DNA of 64,000 nt, from the NCBI GenBank assembly GCA_013265495.1, contig MU058423.1, positions 8,975,627-9,039,626 on the forward strand. The letters run 5' to 3'. The DNA is from Vicugna vicugna. Lineage: Eukaryota. Under the pieces are notes generated by a model that was not told the DNA's origin, did not search any database, and worked only from the letters and a program-made list of their open reading frames with translations. Position numbers and translations under genes: made by a program. Shown here piece by piece: positions 61,201-64,000 of this stretch. How positions within the stretch are numbered: the first letter of the stretch is position 1; every line of letters starts with the position of its first letter.

Positions 61201-62741
61201 CCTCTGAGTTCTTAGCTAAGACTCCTCTAATAGAAGACAGATTACTAAGAGAAAAACAAGTTTATTGACACATATACCTCATGTCTAGATGGGGAACACC
61301 CAGGGAAAAATGAGTACCTCAAAGAGGTGGCTTAGAATTCAGGCTTAAATACCATCTTAACAGGAAAGGGGAGAAGAGATGTAGGCCTCCGAGGGAAGAA
61401 CAAATGACTTTAGGAAAGAGGAATGGCCCTTAGAAGAATATATGAAAGGTATGATAGTTCGGGACAAAGTTTACCAGGGTGTGTTGCTGGCATCTAATTT
61501 CTTCTCCTGTGATAAGAGTCAATCTTCCTGTGGATGAAACTCCTGTGGAGGGAATTTATGAAAACTGAGTCCCTTTTGGAAGTCCCTTTAGGCAAATGAG
61601 GAGAGTTCATAGTAAGCCTCTCACTGCATTTGCTGTTTTCAAGTGCCTGTAGCTCAAAATAATCCGTGCACCGAAGTGGCATGTCCTGAACCCCTACAGT
61701 CATATTTTGGGGTGGCATATTCCGCTACCCTTCATCTTCAGTACAAGGTTTTTGTTTGTGTTTTTTTCTTATTCCTTCCTCACCTGTAGGGTAAATTTGA
61801 GAGCACCACTGGGACAGTTCATAGACTAGTAGCAGAAATGAATGAATAGGATGTCTTTCCATAATTGCAGCAGCGAAAATTTCTTACTTGCTTACAATTG
61901 AATATCAAAGCAAACTCAATTGCCCCCTGATTGTCAGAGGTTTAGCCTCTTTTTCACTAATTCCCAGAGATTCTGCTGTACTACAGCATTGATTTCCTAG
62001 CATCAGACCTTGACAACTAAATGCTCTCAAAACTCTTTTTTTGGTTGCAAAAATACATGCTAATAGCCCGAGAGTTTTCATTGTATCACTGCTCTAGAGT
62101 TAGAGAATAAAACAACCAAATTAGTATTAGCCATGAAAATAAAACCTTCCACAGCTTTCCTTAAGCCATATTCAAAGCAGAGAGAAATTTTAGATGCTAC
62201 ATTGTCTTAGGAAAGCATGTAAGATTGTCACAGATCTTTCATGTAATTGACCTCACATTTGATTCTTGTCTTATGCCATATGTATAAATATAAATGAGGA
62301 ATTTATTAGGAAAACATTTACAATACAACGTGTTTTAAAATCTATGAAAGAAACTCATTTTTTAACTTGTAACTGGTACATTGTTTTAACAGAAATGAAG
62401 TGAACAGCAGGTAATAATAGTCACTAAACAGTGCCAGGTCACTCACTCCACCCTTGTTTTTCCATTTTAAAGTTGTGTTTTTCCATTCTAAAGTAGCTCA
62501 TCTATTGTGTCATCTATTGTGTGATATAAACTCTAAGTTGAATTTATTTATATAAGACGCTAAGCTTGTTGTTGTTTTAATATTTTCAACTAAAGAGTAA
62601 AATTCTACCTTGATACCAGATTCGGAAGAAGATGTTGTTGAAACTCCTGCCGTGTCCCACGATGAACACACACACCAAGAGATAAAGGGCCAAAAAACAC
62701 TGGCAACTCCTGCCGTTCGTCGCCTTGCAATGGAAAACAAT
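42792..62741 (+). CDS. DBT: Dihydrolipoamide branched-chain transacylase E2 (BCKDH E2), exons 1-5, partial; gene continues beyond the window
   Basis: Exons of 51+124+76+182+122 = 555 nt (185 aa) join in frame: mitochondrial presequence, lipoyl domain ([10 protein letters not shown]...EVQSDKASV) and start of the subunit-binding domain ([13 protein letters not shown]). Confidence 0.99.
43140..45150. mobile_element. L2 fragments in DBT intron 1
   Basis: ATTCATTCAGCATTTATTGAGCACC at about 43190 and GTAGGTACTCAACAGATTTGTTGAATGA at about 45120-45148. Confidence 0.65.
46238..46281. repeat. (GA)n(GT)n compound microsatellite
   Basis: Directly visible. Confidence 0.95.
46355..46600 (+). mobile_element. 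MIR SINE
   Basis: TGCTGTGTGACTTTGGACAAATTACTTTACCTTTCTGA core. Confidence 0.75.
47664..47894 (+). mobile_element. 5'-truncated artiodactyl-type L1 3' end
   Basis: GGGAGGGATAAATTAGGAGTTTGG...CTGTATAGCACAGGGAACTATAT; perfect 13-bp TSD AAGAAAACCTTTG (47651-47663 / 47895-47907). Confidence 0.9.
48402..48525 (+). CDS. DBT: DBT exon 2 ([41 protein letters not shown])
   Basis: Polypyrimidine tract plus TAG acceptor, GTAAGT donor, 124 nt. Confidence 0.96.
49918..50425 (-). mobile_element. MaLR (MLT1-type) LTR
   Basis: AACTTAGTGGCTTAAGGCAACAA antisense MLT1 3' signature. Confidence 0.7.
51731..51806 (+). CDS. DBT: DBT exon 3 ([24 protein letters not shown])
   Basis: AAG acceptor, GTAAGT donor, 76 nt. 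Confidence 0.96.
52554..52655 (+). mobile_element. tRNA-derived SINE (Vic-1-like), DBT intron 3
   Basis: TSD AAGAATCTGATTCAG (52539-52553) / AAGGATCTGATTCAG (52656-52670). Confidence 0.92.
53301..53482 (+). CDS. DBT: DBT exon 4, lipoyl domain with lipoylated Lys105 (codon 53362-53364)
   Basis: TAG acceptor, GTACTG donor, 182 nt; [32 protein letters not shown] in ORF 53284..53514. Confidence 0.98.
53567..53697 (-). mobile_element. tRNA-derived SINE (Vic-1-like), DBT intron 4
   Basis: TSD GGTGTTGACTTTT (53554-53566) / GGTGTTTACTTTT (53698-53710). Confidence 0.92.
53960..54135 (+). mobile_element. 5'-truncated L1 3' end with poly(A)
   Basis: GACTGAAACATTATACTATACACCAGAAATTGATACAGCATTGTAAAC...ACTATACTTCAATTAAAAAAA. 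Confidence 0.8.
55070..56150 (-). mobile_element. Old L1 (L1MC-like) 3' fragment
   Basis: CCATATTTAAATTTCCCCAGTTG...CAGGACTATACATTGCACTTGG motif; related to the reverse complement of 26740-27650. Confidence 0.7.
56496..56832. mobile_element. MER2-like Tigger DNA transposon
   Basis: TCATCCCTTGGTAT...GGGATTGGTTC start; TTTAAATCATCTCTGGATTACTTATAATGCCTAATACAATGTAAATGCT core; ends ACTG-TA. Confidence 0.85.
57030..57330 (+). mobile_element. Old L1 3' end fragment
   Basis: ACATGGATGAATCT...TATGCTGAGCAAAAGAAGCCAGAC motif. Confidence 0.8.
58261..58506 (-). mobile_element. 5'-truncated L1 3' end
   Basis: Poly(T) start; TSD AACAACTAAAACTTTT (58245-58260) / AACAACTAAAGCTTTT (58507-58522). Confidence 0.88.
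60975..61170 (+). mobile_element. MIR SINE
   Basis: GAATCCCAGTTC...GTGTGACCTTGG...ATCTGTAAAATGGGGATTATAA core. Confidence 0.75.
61173..61734 (-). mobile_element. ERV1 (MER34/MER39-like) solo LTR
   Basis: Minus strand begins TGAAGGGTAGCGGAATATGCCACCCCAAAATATG, has AATAAA near 61261-61266, ends TTCCTTCCCA. Confidence 0.75.
62620..62741 (+). CDS. DBT: DBT exon 5 ([40 protein letters not shown])
   Basis: CAG acceptor, GTAAGT donor, 122 nt. Confidence 0.97.
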
Positions 62742-64000
62742 GTAAGTTTTCTTAATATTTAAGTGTGAGATGGCATAGAAAGTTTACATTTATATCTATG
62801 AAAAATCACCCAGCCATCTGATGATGAAGATGGCTTCAGGTTGGGTTTAAAGAAAACACGAAAATGTCTGTTACTGAAAAGTAATAGTTGCATAAAAGTC
62901 CTCATGAGAAATGAGGACTTACTGTTGATATTAATTGAGAATGTTATTCTTCCTTAGAGCCTAACAATAATCAGGGCTACCACTTACTGGCCACTTGTAA
63001 ATACTAGTGTCTTAGATCAGGTACCATAGAAGCACAGCTGGAGACAGGGATTTGGGAACGTGTGGTTGATTGAGAGAGTAGACCTTTACTAGGAATGAAG
63101 GAAGCAGTATAGGAAAGGGAGGGAAATGGGCCAGGCAAGGATGTGGTCTCAAGGATCTGCCTTATCCCAGGGAGACAGGGACTGATTTGAGTCAAGGAGG
63201 CTGTATTCCCTCTTGTCTGCAAGCCATTGACGCTTAACCTCCAAGGAAAGGTGGCTCTGAGGCGTTGAGCTAATAATTTACATATGATCACGTTTAATCT
63301 TCACAACTGTGAGATGAAGGGCTCTTCTAAGACCTGGAGGGGTCAAGTAACTAGTCTGAGTTCACACAGCTAGCACAGGGGTGGAACCAGGTTTCTGAAA
63401 TGAGTCTCCGTGACTCCAAAACCTGTGCTCTGTCATCTTAATACTGTCTCAACAGTTGTTGCCTCCATTATTCAAGCACTTTTTAGCCAGACACTGTACA
63501 TACATTATCTCTAATCCTCATAGTAACCCTGCAGGGTGGTTTGGATTATCCTCTTTTTACAGATGAGAAAGGGCAGATAAGTTGATTAAATTGGTTAAAA
63601 TCAAGTAAGTAGCTGAACTCAGGATTTGAATACAAATCTGTCTGGTTCCAAAGCTTGAGTTCTTTACACTGTGCCCCACAATGCAGGGTTTTTGTTTGTC
63701 TACCTGTTTTGGAAAGAAGTAGTTTAGTTAGTGGGGGGAGGGGAGTTTACCTTTTGAGAGTATATGGTAAGAGTCATTAAAATGTTCTTATCCCTTCAAC
63801 CAGTTAACCTACCATGGGAGAATTATCCCAAGGAAATAACCTTGGAAGTATTCTTACAAGTGTTTTATGTAGTAGCCAAAATTTAGAGGGCAATACATGT
63901 ATTCAAAATCAGGGAAATGGCTGGGTAAATTATGTTATAAACCCCTTACTAAAAATCTGTTAGCCATTTCATGTGTTCAAATATGAAGAACATTTAGCAT

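Noticed and set aside
62455..62521. Short 12-bp tandem duplications upstream of DBT exon 5
   Set aside because: Ordinary slippage events with no evident effect on the acceptor

Overview
Mammalian nuclear DNA, very likely camelid (seven copies of a tRNA-derived SINE resembling the camelid Vic-1 family). It contains the complete 11-exon RTCA gene (RNA 3'-terminal phosphate cyclase, minus strand, CDS 37916->17088, 1101 nt = 366 aa + stop) and, head-to-head with it, coding exons 1-5 of DBT (branched-chain 2-oxoacid dehydrogenase E2, plus strand, ATG at 42792, gene runs out of the window). Each gene has its own CpG-island promoter and the start codons are about 4.9 kb apart. The rest is intronic/intergenic DNA rich in L1, L2, MIR, ERVL/MaLR, ERV1 LTR and MER relics; repeat families were assigned by eye, so names and boundaries are approximate. 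I find no convincing new multi-gene system. The best leads are: inverted SINEs bracketing the lipoyl-lysine exon of DBT; a competing stop-introducing acceptor at RTCA exon 3; a MaLR segment matching a recalled human RTCA cassette exon but lacking splice sites here; a poly(A)-less internal L1 ORF2 insertion with a perfect target-site duplication; opposed ERVL pol fragments; and a Sox-Oct composite motif.
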